Below, piece by piece: positions 25,601-37,408 of a DNA stretch of 64,000 bases; the stretch's first letter is position 1; each line of letters starts with the position of its first letter. The notes under the pieces are model-generated. The model was not told the origin of the DNA, made no database searches, and worked only from the letters and a program-made list of their open reading frames with translations. The stretch is taken from assembly GCA_950097015.1 (NCBI GenBank), contig CATNEN010000003.1, forward strand, positions 62,001-126,000, in the 5' to 3' direction. The position numbers and the translations under genes were made by a program. The DNA is from Macrostomum hystrix. Its lineage: Eukaryota; Animalia; Platyhelminthes.

Positions 25601-27096
25601 TCGCGCCTGGTGGCCGGAAATGCGCGAAGACGTGCGAGACTGGGTGCGCAGCTGTACGGTCTGCCAGCGCCGGAAGGGAGCGCCGAAGAGAGCCCGTGCC
25701 GAGCTCGTGCGGCAGCCGTTGCCTGCCCGACCGTGGTCAATCGTGCAGCTTGACATTAAGGGACCCTTGCCGGCCACCGAGTCTGGTAAGCGCTACATTC
25801 TGTGCTTTGTTGACACCTTCTTGAAGTGGGTTGAGGCGGCAGCCCTCAGCTAGATCGACGCCAAGACGGTGGCTGAGGCCCTGGTGACTGCCGTGGTACT
25901 GCGACACAGTGTTCCGGAAGTCGTGCACTCAGACCAGGGTCGGCAGTTCGAGGCCGAGCTGTTCAAGGAGACTTGCGCACTGCTGGGCACAGAGAAGTCG
26001 AGGACATCACCGTTTCATCCCAGTGCAACGGCAACGTCGAGAGGTTCAACCGAACGTTAGGCAACATGCTGTCAGCTTTCTGCGCAGCGAACCAGACCAG
26101 CTGGGACATTCTGCTACCCTACGTTGTGTGGGCTTACAACAGCTCGGCGCACAGCTCTACGGGCGAGTCGCCCTTTAAGATTCTGCGGGGCATGGAGCCG
26201 CGACAGCCCGCAGACCTCCTGCTCGGTGTCCAAGGGCAACAGGACCTGCCGAGGAGCTGCGAGGACCTCCAGGCAAGAATCCGACGTGGCTTTCAGGTGG
26301 TCCGAGCGAATCTGCAATCAGCTCAGAGCTCTGAGCACGCGTTTTACAACCGAGGCGCCGAGACTGTCGAGTTTAAGGTCGGGGACCTGGTGATGCTGAC
26401 GAACGAGGCGATGAAGCGCGGCCAGTGCAAGTCTCTATCGAACAGGTGGTCCGGCCCGTACACCATCCTCAAGAAGGTCGGCCCCGTGAACTACCGAGTG
26501 CGCTCCGAGAACGGCAGGCATAAATTATTGTTGCACCATGATCGAATGAAGCCGTTCGTCAGCCGAACTGACAACGCAGCGACCCAGCCGGCTGCCCTGC
26601 CAGCAGCCGCTGACGCGAGCCACGACCCGGAGCTGGACGGCCCTGGCACCTGGGAGTTGCTGCGCGAGCCCGCGGCTGGCGAGTGTCAGGGAGGGCCCCT
26701 TCGCTTAGGAAGGCAGCGGCGACCTCCAGACTATTTCAGAGCGTCTTGGTAGCCAAGTTAGGTACTGAGTGACAGGGACTGTAGTTTTTGGACTATTTTT
26801 TATGCATTTTGAATTTTTTTTCGTTGTGTTTTCTTGCCTTTTTGTTGCTTACCTTGCGCTTTTCTTGGGGGAGAGTAATGTGGGGTTCCTGCGTAGCGTG
26901 CTGTGCGTTGGCTCGTCTTGTCTGATTGGTCTAAATGTACGTGGCGTCGGCCTTTCACCCGCTTCGGGGTGGGGCTGGCTTTAGCCTATTTTATTATTCA
27001 TCGTGCTCATCACTGCCCTGCTCGTATATATTGAATCGTTATGCCAAATAAACTCGTGCGTACTTTCTGACAATCTAAATTTCGCCGGCTCTTACA
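22608..27096 (+). mobile_element. Gypsy LTR retrotransposon, 5'-truncated, pol disrupted
   Basis: Gag with two CCHC knuckles (22791-23231); protease LLDTGA; RT SSPWAS..RVCVDWRALN..; RNase H CDSSAVALGAVL..NYSTTDRELLAV; integrase H-H-C-C finger, HSDQGRQF, ERFNRT, WSGPY; PPT GGGGGAGAG. Confidence 0.93.
26879..27096 (+). repeat. 3' LTR of the Gypsy element
   Basis: Begins TG just after the PPT, ends CA; TATATA at ~27026, AATAAA at ~27047. Confidence 0.75.
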
Positions 27097-27125
27097 GTTG
27101 TTTTTTCTTATAATCGGACTTAGCG

Positions 27126-27300
27126 TTTAGTTGCTACTGCTTGAATTATTTAATAAACCGTTTTTCTTCCGTTTGGTTGTTATTGCTTGAATTTATAAAC
27201 TGTTTTTATTCTATTTAGTTGTCACAGCTTTCATTCAAAAACAGTTTTTTGTATTTGGTTGTCACAGCTTTAATTTATGAACAGTTTTCTTTGTCACACT
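27126..27300. repeat. Degenerate ~40-50-bp tandem repeat
   Basis: Recurring tttrgttgt(c/t)a..gctt..att..taaac.gtttt units. Confidence 0.6.
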
Positions 27301-28316
27301 ATTGCCACAACCTACAATTATTATTAATTTTTCAATTCTTTTCAGGATTTCTAGTCATGTAATCTGTGTTGCGGCCCTTAGCAGCCTTTCTACATCATTT
27401 TTACTTTTTCAAGGAGTACTGTCTCAGCATATCTGTTAAACAGCATATCCAATACGAAGGTATATGTCTTTATGTGTATAGCTAAGGGTATCTTTTCTGC
27501 AGTTATTTTCTTTTTAATCAAATATTGTTTTTCTGCTTAACTATTAAAAAAAAATACTTTGTTAAATCGAAATTAAAATCTTCATTTTTTAATAACAAAA
27601 ATTTTACTGTTTACTATTTACACAAAGTTATAACACAAACTTTTTAAAGAACGGCTTTTCACTGTCTTCATACCTTATGTTTTAGGGACATGGTGTCTAG
27701 TGCGTTAGAGAGTTATGTAACAAATGTTTAATATTTAATATTTCGCTTTATTTAGCCACGAAACGTAAGCCACTAGAATATACACTATACAGCTTGCTAA
27801 GAATGTTCAGCTTTCATGAGGAAATAATATCGTGCTATATCGAATTAGCAAGCGAAATGCGCGCGTATTTTCAATACAATATGCTATAGAATGAACGTAT
27901 TTTAATCACATTGTACGCACGCAGTAAAATATGCGTGTGAATTGCGCGTCATATACGTATATCTACGTTGATTCCGCGTATTTTAGCGCGTAAGTGACGC
28001 GCGTTTAACACGCATAGTTCAACACGCGTATCCCACCATTATAAGAAACGCGCGTATACACAGCGTTAGTTACACTGTGTATACGCTCGTACGCTCGCAC
28101 TCTATGCGCGTGGAACGCGCAGTTTACGCGCATGAGCTTTGTCTGGGATAGAAATACACAATACAAAAAACGTGAAAAGTTTTGAAAACTTACTTCAATA
28201 TTAAACTTTATACACGCACGTAATCAGAGAAAGCTCATTGGCAAGAGCTAAATGCTCGAGTTTAAAAGACAGGCTTAGAAAATCTGAAGGCAATTTGGAA
28301 AAATTAATGCGAAGGT

Positions 28317-29802
28317 CTACTCTATTAGATTATCGCCTTGCTTTGCGTCAGCGGTTGTTGAAACTATCAGCGAGGAGGCCGGCGCTGATTGAGCACGAAA
28401 AAAGTGCACGACTCTAATTCCACGCTCGGTTGCCCAATCGCCAGCTGAGAACCTTTCGTCCAATAGAAACGGCTGGTACACCAATAGGCGGTGATCTACA
28501 AGTTGGCTATTCGGCCAGTCAGAACCAGGATCGGATACCCAACGTGGCCGCATACCGACAACGTGCTGAGCTAGACGACGTGCTGCCTCTGCTGCTTCCA
28601 CAGCAGCTTTGCCCTTTCTCCGGTGCATGTCACTGCAGCCAGGATGCAGCTGTTGGTAAGCCACACCAGCCGCATATCGAGCAAATGTTATTTCAGGGTT
28701 GAACTGATAGCCGCCCGAGTTAGTGTTATGAGACCTGCGATAACGTAATTTAGTACGACAGAGTTAGTAGGCTACATAGATTATCTGAAGCGAGCAGACA
28801 TAGTCAAGAATGGCAAGCTAAAAGGTCATACAGTAAACGGAATTTGATATCGACCTAGTTTCAAGAGAGACAATATCACACTTATTTCGCAATAATAACA
28901 CGCACGTACCTACCTAGAAAGAGGCTTTTGGTGTAGGAGCCAGCTTTCGGTTAGTGGGTGGCAGTACACGGCAAGACTAGCTCCGGGCGGGGCCGTAAAG
29001 GCTAGCCCACGGGCTAATGTTAAGCGTTCACCAATACGTGACGCAGTCTCGGCTAAAAGGTCGGCTAAAGTACAACCCACTGTTTCAGCTTTTTCGGTAG
29101 TCAATTCCAATCCTAGAAGGTGCTGAGGTGGCACAATTACTGACAATGGCCGCGGAGAACTCGTTTCCTGGGCAGTGTGAGTAGCAAGCAGAACTTGGCA
29201 GGCAGTGCTGAGTAATTGTTGAAATAGCTGATTTCGAGCAGCGAATCCTGTTTGGCAGCGCAGTTCCACAACCACAGCTGCAGATTGCTGTAGAGGGGCT
29301 GGCTTCCTGTTTAACAGAGTTTGACTTAATTAACTACAATTTGTTATTTGTTTTTAAGCTCGACGTAGTTGCGTAAAGATCAGTTACATACCGTAAAACT
29401 CATGATTTTAAGTTAGTATTCAACAAACAAGTAATGCAAAAACAAAATCAATAGACCAAATGCCACTTACTGTGTTGCCGCCTGCTGCTGCTTCTGCTGT
29501 AAAACGGAAACGCCTAAAAGTCCGTGTCTCACCGGCTTTTTATTTTTCTGCTGCTGAGCTGTCTGCTTAAAATCCATATTCGCACTATTGATAATATGTT
29601 CCACCGATACCCCATCTGTGTGGGTTTTCACCCTCTTAAGCCAGTCGACAGCGGCTTGAACGTCATGTCCGCAGGCGGCAATGGCTTGACGACAATCAAG
29701 CACAGACCGGCCGGTAAGTTGACGCAGCTGTCGAAGCCACCAGCCGCCATTTCCGCCACCGCTTACAGCAGCGCTGGATAGTGCATAGATAGTAAAGCGC
29801 AT
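28317..29802 (-). CDS. TSFM: Mitochondrial elongation factor Ts; exons 29802-29632, 29565-29471, 29306-28914, 28734-28317
   Basis: LRQLTGRSVLDCRQA..AVDWL (N-terminal domain), HGLLGV, VELRCQTGFAARN, GERLTLAR, RLAQHVVGMRP, LLVYQPFLLD; GT-AG introns with consistent phases give 359 codons including the stop. Confidence 0.85.
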
Positions 29803-30537
29803 TTCGTTAGTAGGTTATGCGAGAAGCTTATCGCTAATTGTATCGCACACTGAAAGCGGCGGATTTGAATGCTTGATTGACGTCAGAATTCAACTAATCG
29901 CACTGCTTCGCACAAACTGTTATTGATACGAGCGTACTTAATATATACTACTCGTATTTTTCAGGTTCTCTTAAGTGAAATACTACAAATCGAATCAAGC
30001 GAACCCAAACAAGTGAAAACATAGATGTACCGTAAGAAACCTACAGACCCATAAGTATACGGTCGTTAGATAAAAATACTTTTACTTGACACATTTTGCA
30101 GAACATATCAAAATTTAGAAATGCAACCAAACGATGACATGAGTGAAATACGAGTAACTAACGTATAACAAATAACAAGTTTAATTTATCAATTCAATGC
30201 AATAAGTTGGCGATGATTACTCTTAAACAGACTCTAGGCCAGTTCTACCAGTAAAAAGCATGCGAATCCCTAAGCTCAAATTTAAGGGCAGCAATTCGCA
30301 CAGTCGCGAGATAGGGACAACGTTTAAACTTATCATACGGAGGCTTTTATAGTACGATTTTTTAATCTTTACGAGATTAAATCTCGTAAACACAAAATAA
30401 AGGGTGTCAAGGGATAGGAAACGTCTTACGGTAATTTCAATAAAACTAGTATGGTCTTACAATAAACAATCCAGTGCGATAATGCTGAGCCGCAGCATGT
30501 AAAAATACACCAGAATCTGTTGTCACTCGCTTCTTAC

Positions 30538-31443
30538 TCAAATACCCAAATCATCGTCCGGATCTTCGTCATCCCAGTCATCCTCCGGCTGTGGAGAATA
30601 GTTGATGCGTGCAATTCCGGCTGAAGCAGTAGTCGTGGCAGCAGCCCCGGATCTATGGTGAGGCAAATCAATGCCTGCACGTTCCTCTGACTCCTCAGGT
30701 GTCATGCCCAGGCGAAAAGAGGCAAGTCCCATGCTGGCTTGTGGATCTGTGGCTTCGGATGGAATCGCCTGTTTGACCTCGTCTTCGGGTTTTTTTGGCA
30801 GTACCAGCAACTTTGCGCTAGGTCGACTGCCAGTATTGTTGTAAAGCAACTGAACTCGTTCGACCGGAACTTTGCCGCTTCGCAAACGGCGCTCAGTCGT
30901 CAAACAGAAGGCACCGCATGCATTGACATCGGATTCAAGCTCACCATAATTGGATTCATCTACATTAACAACAGTATCTGATGCAGCGACCAGCACTTCC
31001 AGATCACTATCATCAACAGAATCCTTAGCAACATAAAGAGCGACTGTGCAGTCCCGCCTGGCAACTAGTTCAGCAGCCAGCTGAAGTAACTGCTCGGTGG
31101 GGAGCAGCTGTAGAAAAGGACCGACAGGCGCCAAAGCGACGAAACCCCTATGGCGACTGGCTGCGAAGGAATCACGAAGCAATCGAGTTTGAGTTTTGGC
31201 AAGATCAGTCTCGAGGTAACTTATGAGTGGCAACTCTTCCCGACAGCCCATTGCACAAAAGAGGCGAGAATCTATGCTTATGTACAAAGCCAGAGTTTGT
31301 CGATTCTCAAAATCTTCGGTTGCAAGTCTCGATAAAGCAGGCGCTAGGCACTCGAGTCGATAATGGGAAGAAGCTAGGCAAGTAATGAGACCTGGTTCAT
31401 ATAGTGCTGCAGCTAGCAGCGTTGGCGATTTATTTAATTTCAT
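30538..31443 (-). CDS. ELP5: Elongator complex subunit 5
   Basis: 301-aa ORF; C-terminus SFRLGMTPEESEERAGIDLPH..INYSPQPEDDWDDEDPDDDLGI matches the ELP5 signature (TFNL.L..E..R..L.LP / Y.PD..DD.D.EDPDDDL.I). Confidence 0.82.
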   Translation of the reverse strand: MKLNKSPTLLAAALYEPGLITCLASSHYRLECLAPALSRLATEDFENRQTLALYISIDSRLFCAMGCREELPLISYLETDLAKTQTRLLRDSFAASRHRGFVALAPVGPFLQLLPTEQLLQLAAELVARRDCTVALYVAKDSVDDSDLEVLVAASDTVVNVDESNYGELESDVNACGAFCLTTERRLRSGKVPVERVQLLYNNTGSRPSAKLLVLPKKPEDEVKQAIPSEATDPQASMGLASFRLGMTPEESEERAGIDLPHHRSGAAATTTASAGIARINYSPQPEDDWDDEDPDDDLGI

Positions 31444-32219
31444 TTAAGGCTGGAAATGTCGTTGAAACATGATTTATATAATTCATATTATTCAAGTATA
31501 TATAGTACTTCAGACTCAAAAGCCTAGGTCCTATTTGATTGCGTATTTGCGTAGGGTGTCCCAGAAATAGCGGGAAAAATCGATGCACAGGCAAACTGGT
31601 GAAACATATTTTATTGAAACTCACGTCACTGATAAGTATATAATCTCTCCCGTTTATTCATTTATCTGTGGCCTTCAGAACGACTGAGAACTTGTTTCTC
31701 GAGAGAAACGAGTTTGAAGTCGTTCTGGCCATAGACAACTGCCCGGGGCAAGTCGGGGGATAAATATACCATTAATACCCATGCTTTAAGGGCGTTAATG
31801 GAAAATCAGAGGGCGCCGTCAGGCGCCCGAGGAATTTTCATTGACGCCCGCAAAGCTTGGGTATCAATTTTATTGTACCATAGACGTTTTTGCCCAAGCT
31901 ATACTTTCAGAGTCAGATACAGGGGTGTGGGGGCAGAGCCCCCACTTCGGGGTGTGGGGGCGAAGCCCCCACCCACTACCATAGACTATTTTACTAGAAA
32001 GTCAAATCGTACGCTGAGCCTTGTTTCTCTCTCCTTTTCACCACTCAGCGGACCTTTATTCTATCTACAGTATCTCTCTCTCTCATTTCTTTCTCTCCCT
32101 CTTGGTGCGTGATAAGCTATGCCATAGACTAAAACTGCACGAAGTCTGAACAAGTTGATGAGGGAAAGGAAAACTAAGGCTAGCTCAGAAATTTCTTTCC
32201 TTCAAATCTCCACTGAGCC

Positions 32220-32525
32220 ATGATCAACTACGACGGAATAGTGGAAGGCGAGATTGTAGGCTTGTCCACTGATGAATTGCGCTTCGTCACTGATGAATCG
32301 GTCAACCGCTCCGGAGATACTGCGATATCTCAATTCACCGGACTCGTGACTCTCGACGCAAGCTTCGTCGAGCAGTTTATGCTGGGATTGTCAGATTATC
32401 CGGAGTTAAGCGAGAGCGACGTACAAGAGATTTCGAAATTGGAGAATGATTGCGCTGTGCGATCTACCGAGAAGCAGACCAGGATCTACTCTGAGAAGGT
32501 GAAGGCCTTTCTAGCTGAGCGAATA
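32220..32525 (+). pseudogene. N-terminal fragment of a Crypton recombinase paralog
   Basis: GLSTDEL..RSGD..KLENDCAVRSTEKQ..KVKAFLAER aligns by eye with GLSGDEM..RTGD..QLERDNECHSTVSK..RLTAWLVEN of the 14902 protein. Confidence 0.65.
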
Positions 32526-32559
32526 TCAAGCGAATCGAGCGATATCGAGCGAATATCAA

Positions 32560-35500
32560 TACATCAAGACCTCAGTACAAGCGCTTGAAAAGGCTCAGCT
32601 ACTGATGCAGCACAATTCAGCAGCAACGTAAGCAGCTGCGTTACAGCCTCGGCAGAGCCAGTCCAGCGAAGTTCAGGAGCTGAGGGACACAGTGCAGAGT
32701 CTGCAGGCCTCGGTGAGCACATTGAGCACCCAGCTGGAGCAGCTGGCAGCCTGTGGAGTGAGAAGCAGTACAGCAGCCGGCGGCAGCAATCGGGAAACGC
32801 CAGAGCCTGGGGTGGGCGGGCCCGCCACCTCGGCCAGCAGTAACTGCGGGCTCACCAGCGCCGGCTCTGGGGCCAGCGCTCGCTGTCGGCGGGGTCTTCA
32901 GTGGATGCAGCGTTACGCCCGACCGACTTTCGCAGTGTGAGTGCAAGCTTGATGGCAGAAGTGTGAAGGCGCTTTTAGACACCGGCAGCCAGTGCTCACT
33001 GGTCGACTCCAGCATTCTGACGAAATCGCAGTTCAGCCGCGCAACTTCAGCCGGAGTGCAGCTGCACTCGGTGAACAAGCAGCCAATCAGCATCGAGTGG
33101 CAGATCGAGTTGCCGCTCACAGTCGGGAAAGTGACAGCTCTGCATTTGTTCTACGTGGTGTCCGATTTGGCTTGTCCTGTCATCGTCGTTGTCGACTTCA
33201 TCGGCAAGCACCGTTTGCAGCTGGACTTCAAGGCCAACCCTGCAGCTCCTGGTCGTATCTGCAGTGGAAGGTTTCAGAGTGAGACGGACGACCCAGTTGA
33301 CATCGAGGATGCTCTCGTGACCGAGTTCAGCTGCGTGGATTTCGAGCTGCCAACCACCGATGATCCCGAAGTTCAGCGACTGCTGATGGAGTTCAAGGAC
33401 GTGTTCAAGAAGAAGCCGGGACTTACGCATCTCCAGCAGCATCGAATTGTTCTCGCTGATGAGGTGCCAGTTCGTGTCCCACCGCGCCGAATGCCCGTGC
33501 ACTACCGGGAGAAGGCGGAGCTGCTGGAGAACGACGTGATCGAACTGAGCGAGAGTCCGTACGTGGCTCCACCGGTGTACGTGACCAAGAAGAACGGCAG
33601 TCTGCGGCTGACCATCGACTACAGAGAGCTCAACAAGAAGACGATTCGGTCGGCGCAGGGAATTCCGCTAATGGAGGAGGCACGAGATCGAATCGCGGGC
33701 AGCACGGTGTTCTCTGTGCTGGATCTCAATGGAGGCTACTTCCAGATCCCTCTGGCTGAAGAAGACAGACAGAAGACGGCCTTTAGCCCTGGACCAGGGA
33801 TGCCGTTGTACCAATTTAAGAGAATGCCTCAAGGCCTGTCAGGTGGCCCCAGCACGTTCTGCATGCTCATGTCAAAAGTTTTCAATGGCTGTGACTTCGT
33901 CTTCACGTTTTTCGATGACAGCCTGTGCTTCTCAAAGACCAGGAAGGGGCATTTGCTGCAACTGCGAGAGGCACTTCAGCGATTCAGAGCAGCCGGGCTG
34001 ACACTGAGAGGCTCTAAGTGCAAGATCGCGGTGCCTGAAGTGATCTTCCTCGGCACGCGCTATTCAAAGGAGGGAGCTCAGCCAAGCAAAGAGAAGCTGG
34101 AGGCGATTCAGCTGTGGAAGGAACCGAGGTCAGTCAAGGAGATCCGCCAGTTCATCGGCCTGTGCAACTAGTACCGCCGCCATGTCGCCAACTTCGCTGC
34201 CATCGCTGCACCACTTCACCACCTGACTGGCAAGGGCGTGGCGTTTGAGTGGACTGCAGAGTGCCAAGCTGCCTTCGACGAGCTCAAGATCTGCCTGATG
34301 AGTCCTCCGATCCTGGTGAACACGGACTTTTCCAAGGAGTTCGCTGTCTTCACGGATGCCAGCGGCAGTGGGGTCGGTGCAACCCTGAAGCAAGGCGATG
34401 CAGTGATCGAGTTTTCGAGCAGGGCGTTAAACTCGGCGGAGAAGAAGTACTCGGCAACAGAGAAGGAGTGTCTGGCCATCCCGCACGCTTTTAAAGTCTT
34501 CCGGCACGGCACTACTTGCTCGGCAAGCATTTCACGGTGCACACGGATCACTGCCCGCTCACCTACATCGATTCTCAGAGAGTCGATAGCTATGGTAGGC
34601 TGGGTCGCTGGCGGCTGCTGCTCCAAGAGTTCGACTTCGAGAATTCCGATGCCGACGCGCTGTCCAGGCTGCACCCCCGAAAGTTGCAGCGACTCAACTG
34701 AAAGCAGAAATCGGCTCGGAGGAGCTCAAAACTGCTCAGCAGAAAGATCCTCAGCTTAGTCATGTGATTCAAGCGATCGTCAACGAGACAAACGTGCCTC
34801 CAAGATGGCGATTAGGACCGCTGCAGCAACTGAGCAGAATCTGGAGGAACCTGAAGCTGAATGATGACGGAGTTTTCTCACGCAAGTTCAACGACCTGGA
34901 CGGACTGAGGCAGGTTCCAGTGGTGCCGGCAATTCGACACCAGTTCCTAGCAGACGCGCACGAAGGTCTGGGAGGCCACTTCGGTGCCGAGAAATGCTAC
35001 CGCACGCTCAAGCTGACCGCCTACTGGCCGGGCATGGCTGAGGACGTCCTGCAGCACTGCCAGAGCTGCGCCGTCTGCCAGGAGAAGAAGGCGAGGTTCG
35101 CAGCCCAAGGCGCCACTCGGAGAGCTGCCTATCGGATCGCCATGGGACTCGGTGGCCATCGACATCGTCAAGGTGGCACCATCATCACGCGGCAACAATT
35201 ACCTGCTGGTAGCTCAGGACCAATTTTCCAAGTACAATTTTCCGCTGGCTGCGGCGTTACCGACCAGACGGCCCAGACTACTGCTCGCGCCTTCCTTTCA
35301 ATCTGCTCCCAGGCTGGACTGCCTCGAGTCATCCACTCGGACCAAGGCCCGAATTTCGAGAGCCAGCTCTTTCAAGACACTCTGCGCGGTCTGGGAGTCA
35401 CCAAGACAAGAACCACAGCATACAATCCGAAAGGAAACGGACTGGCCGAGTCGGGAAACAAGTGCTACAACTACTCAGGTGTTTCACCGAGCGAGTGGAA

Positions 35501-35760
35501 GGACAAGCTGCCGCTGATCCTGCTGTCCTACAACTCGCGAGTGCACTGCTCAACGCGACTGCCACGGCTGAAGGTCTTCACCGGGCGCGACCCCTGTCTG
35601 CCAGTCCTCAGCCAGCAGCCCAGGCGATTCTACGACGTGCGAACCTACGCAGACAAGCTGGAGGCCGACCTGCTTCGCATTCGAGAGTTTGTCGAGGAGC
35701 ACCTGGTGCAGGCGGCTAGCGAGCAGCAGAACGACTACAACAGGTCACAACGACTACAAC
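32560..35760 (+). mobile_element. Gypsy internal region (gag end, protease, RT, RNase H, integrase), no LTRs
   Basis: LLDTGSQCSLV, LRLTIDYRELN, LDLNGGYFQI, FFDD, TDASGSGVGA, H..GHFG..C..C, HSDQGPNFES; stops and frameshifts. Confidence 0.92.
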
Positions 35761-36958
35761 GGCGCCCTCTGGCTTTCAGATTTTAGCCCAAAAAAGCATG
35801 GGTACTAATATACAATTCAGCAGTTCTAACGCTTTTTTATCCAAGAAAATATGTCAATTCATTAAAATGTTATGGCTAAAATTAGACCAAGGGGTAAGGG
35901 GTAGAGTTACACCAAGTCAAGACCAGCGGAATCGGTCACGCAGCATCGCCATCGCCGTCGACTGACGACTTTTCGACGAAGTCCCCCCCCTTAGCTCGCA
36001 GCACTTAGTCCATCGCGTGAGAAGCGCATTGATGGCATCTGCATAAGCTCGACGCGGAATTTCTTGCAACAGAAAAAGCGTTAGAACTGCTGAATGTTTA
36101 TTTATCAGTGACGTGAGTTTCAATAAACTATGTTTCACCAGTTTGCCTGTGCATCGATTTTTCCCGCTATTTCTGGGACACCCCTCGTATTATATTTATG
36201 TTCCCCTGCCCTACTTTTTTATCGTTTCTTATCCCATTTTAAGATGTACCACAGTTTTAAATAACGATTACATGCAGAATCTTACGGGACAACTTAACTG
36301 GTGAATTTGCCCTGCTATTTTAGGTTTTTGTTCTTTACTTACCAACATTATGTAGTATTGGGCCAGGGTGGCCTAAAAACAGCTACGCTTTGACGGACGC
36401 ACTACAAAAAGGCAACCACCAACGAACCCAAATCACTTAGGTCTCAAGTAACACTGCATTGCGAATGATTCATGAATCTATAAAAACATTTGTTAAACAA
36501 ACATACACATTCATTTTAGCAGAAGTAATATAAACCAAACGTATACAGTTTGTAAACTCATCAGCTTAATCATTGCATTTGCAATGACAAAATAGCTATA
36601 AAAAATCAATGTCAACAATGCAGTTCAATTTACCAGAATTAACCGGTTCTCAGGCAGTGCATGAAAAAACTACTTTTAATAAAAAAAGATAAACGCTATT
36701 TGTCAACTTTTGTATGCCGAGAATTTATGAAAATATTTCGGAAACATTTAATATACAAAAATATTAACTACCATTTTTCTACATAGTACCAATAAAAGCC
36801 CAATAAACCAATTCTTTTTAAATTAGACATTGGATACCTATGAACGGGAAGGGTTTATAAACAGAAGTTTGGATCCGATATACATTTGCCTAGGAGTAGT
36901 AACGCAGTGCCACGTCTTTACAAATTGACGTGGACTGACGTTACGACTACAATGTAAC

Positions 36959-37408
36959 TTAAGCCTGCTGTGAGTTAGAAGCATGCTTATACAACTCAAA
37001 CAGCTGAGCCAGCTGATGATCCGCTAGCTGATCCAACTGCTCACGATTCAGACAGACACCATATGGGGCTTGGCTAACAGTCGCCACTGGCTGCTGTTGG
37101 CTTTGGCCAGCGGATCTGTCTGCGTCTCTCATGCTGTCGCTGATCTGCCTACTGAGTACAGCTGCGTAGTCGGCCCACTGCATCATGAATTCGGCTGCCT
37201 GGGGTGGTGTGCATTTCAGGTGACGACGAAACTCGGCTTTGGCGTACTCATTCCCAAGAGCGCGAAGATCGCCCGGCAGCGAGCGATGCAGGCGCAAGAT
37301 CAGCTTGTACAGCTGGCGCACGCGTGTAGTGTGACTTGGACCGAACTGAGGGTAGCAGGAGTGGAGTTAGCTAGGTAGCAACTGCAAATACCTCTGGTTG
37401 TTAGGCAT
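36959..37408 (-). CDS. SDHAF3: Succinate dehydrogenase assembly factor 3 (ACN9, LYR family); probable exons 37408-37392 and 37334-36959
   Basis: RVRQLYKLILRLHRSLP.DLRALGNEYAKAEFRRH..FMMQWADYA..G..L.REQLDQL..QL.QL.EL; the proposed 57-nt intron gives MPNNQSHTTRV (5' exon less certain). Confidence 0.88.

Larger units (their letters stand above)
31641..35812 (+). mobile_element. Second Crypton-like element (defective), interior replaced by Gypsy sequence
   Basis: TATA at both junctions; hairpin 31771-31868; four CCATAGAC boxes; inverted copy of the left-end sequence at 35759-35810; N-terminal YR ORF. Confidence 0.7.
31550..36189 (-). mobile_element. Internally deleted mariner element (MITE-like) interrupted by a nested insertion
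   Basis: TIRs 31554-31635 and 36101-36184 (gggtgtcccagaaatagcgggaaaaatcg..); right end reads TA-CGAGGGGTGTCCC on the minus strand; left TIR resumes at 35813; transposase C-terminal relic AYADAINALLTRWTKCCELRG(fs)DFVEK at ~35965-36070. Confidence 0.85.

Noticed and set aside
27850-28150. ACGCG-rich tract, weakly similar to 13757-13870
   Set aside because: Probably ends of a non-autonomous TE, but no paired TIR or TSD could be supported
28317-29802. Horizontally acquired bacterial tsf
   Set aside because: Three GT-AG introns and mitochondrial-type features
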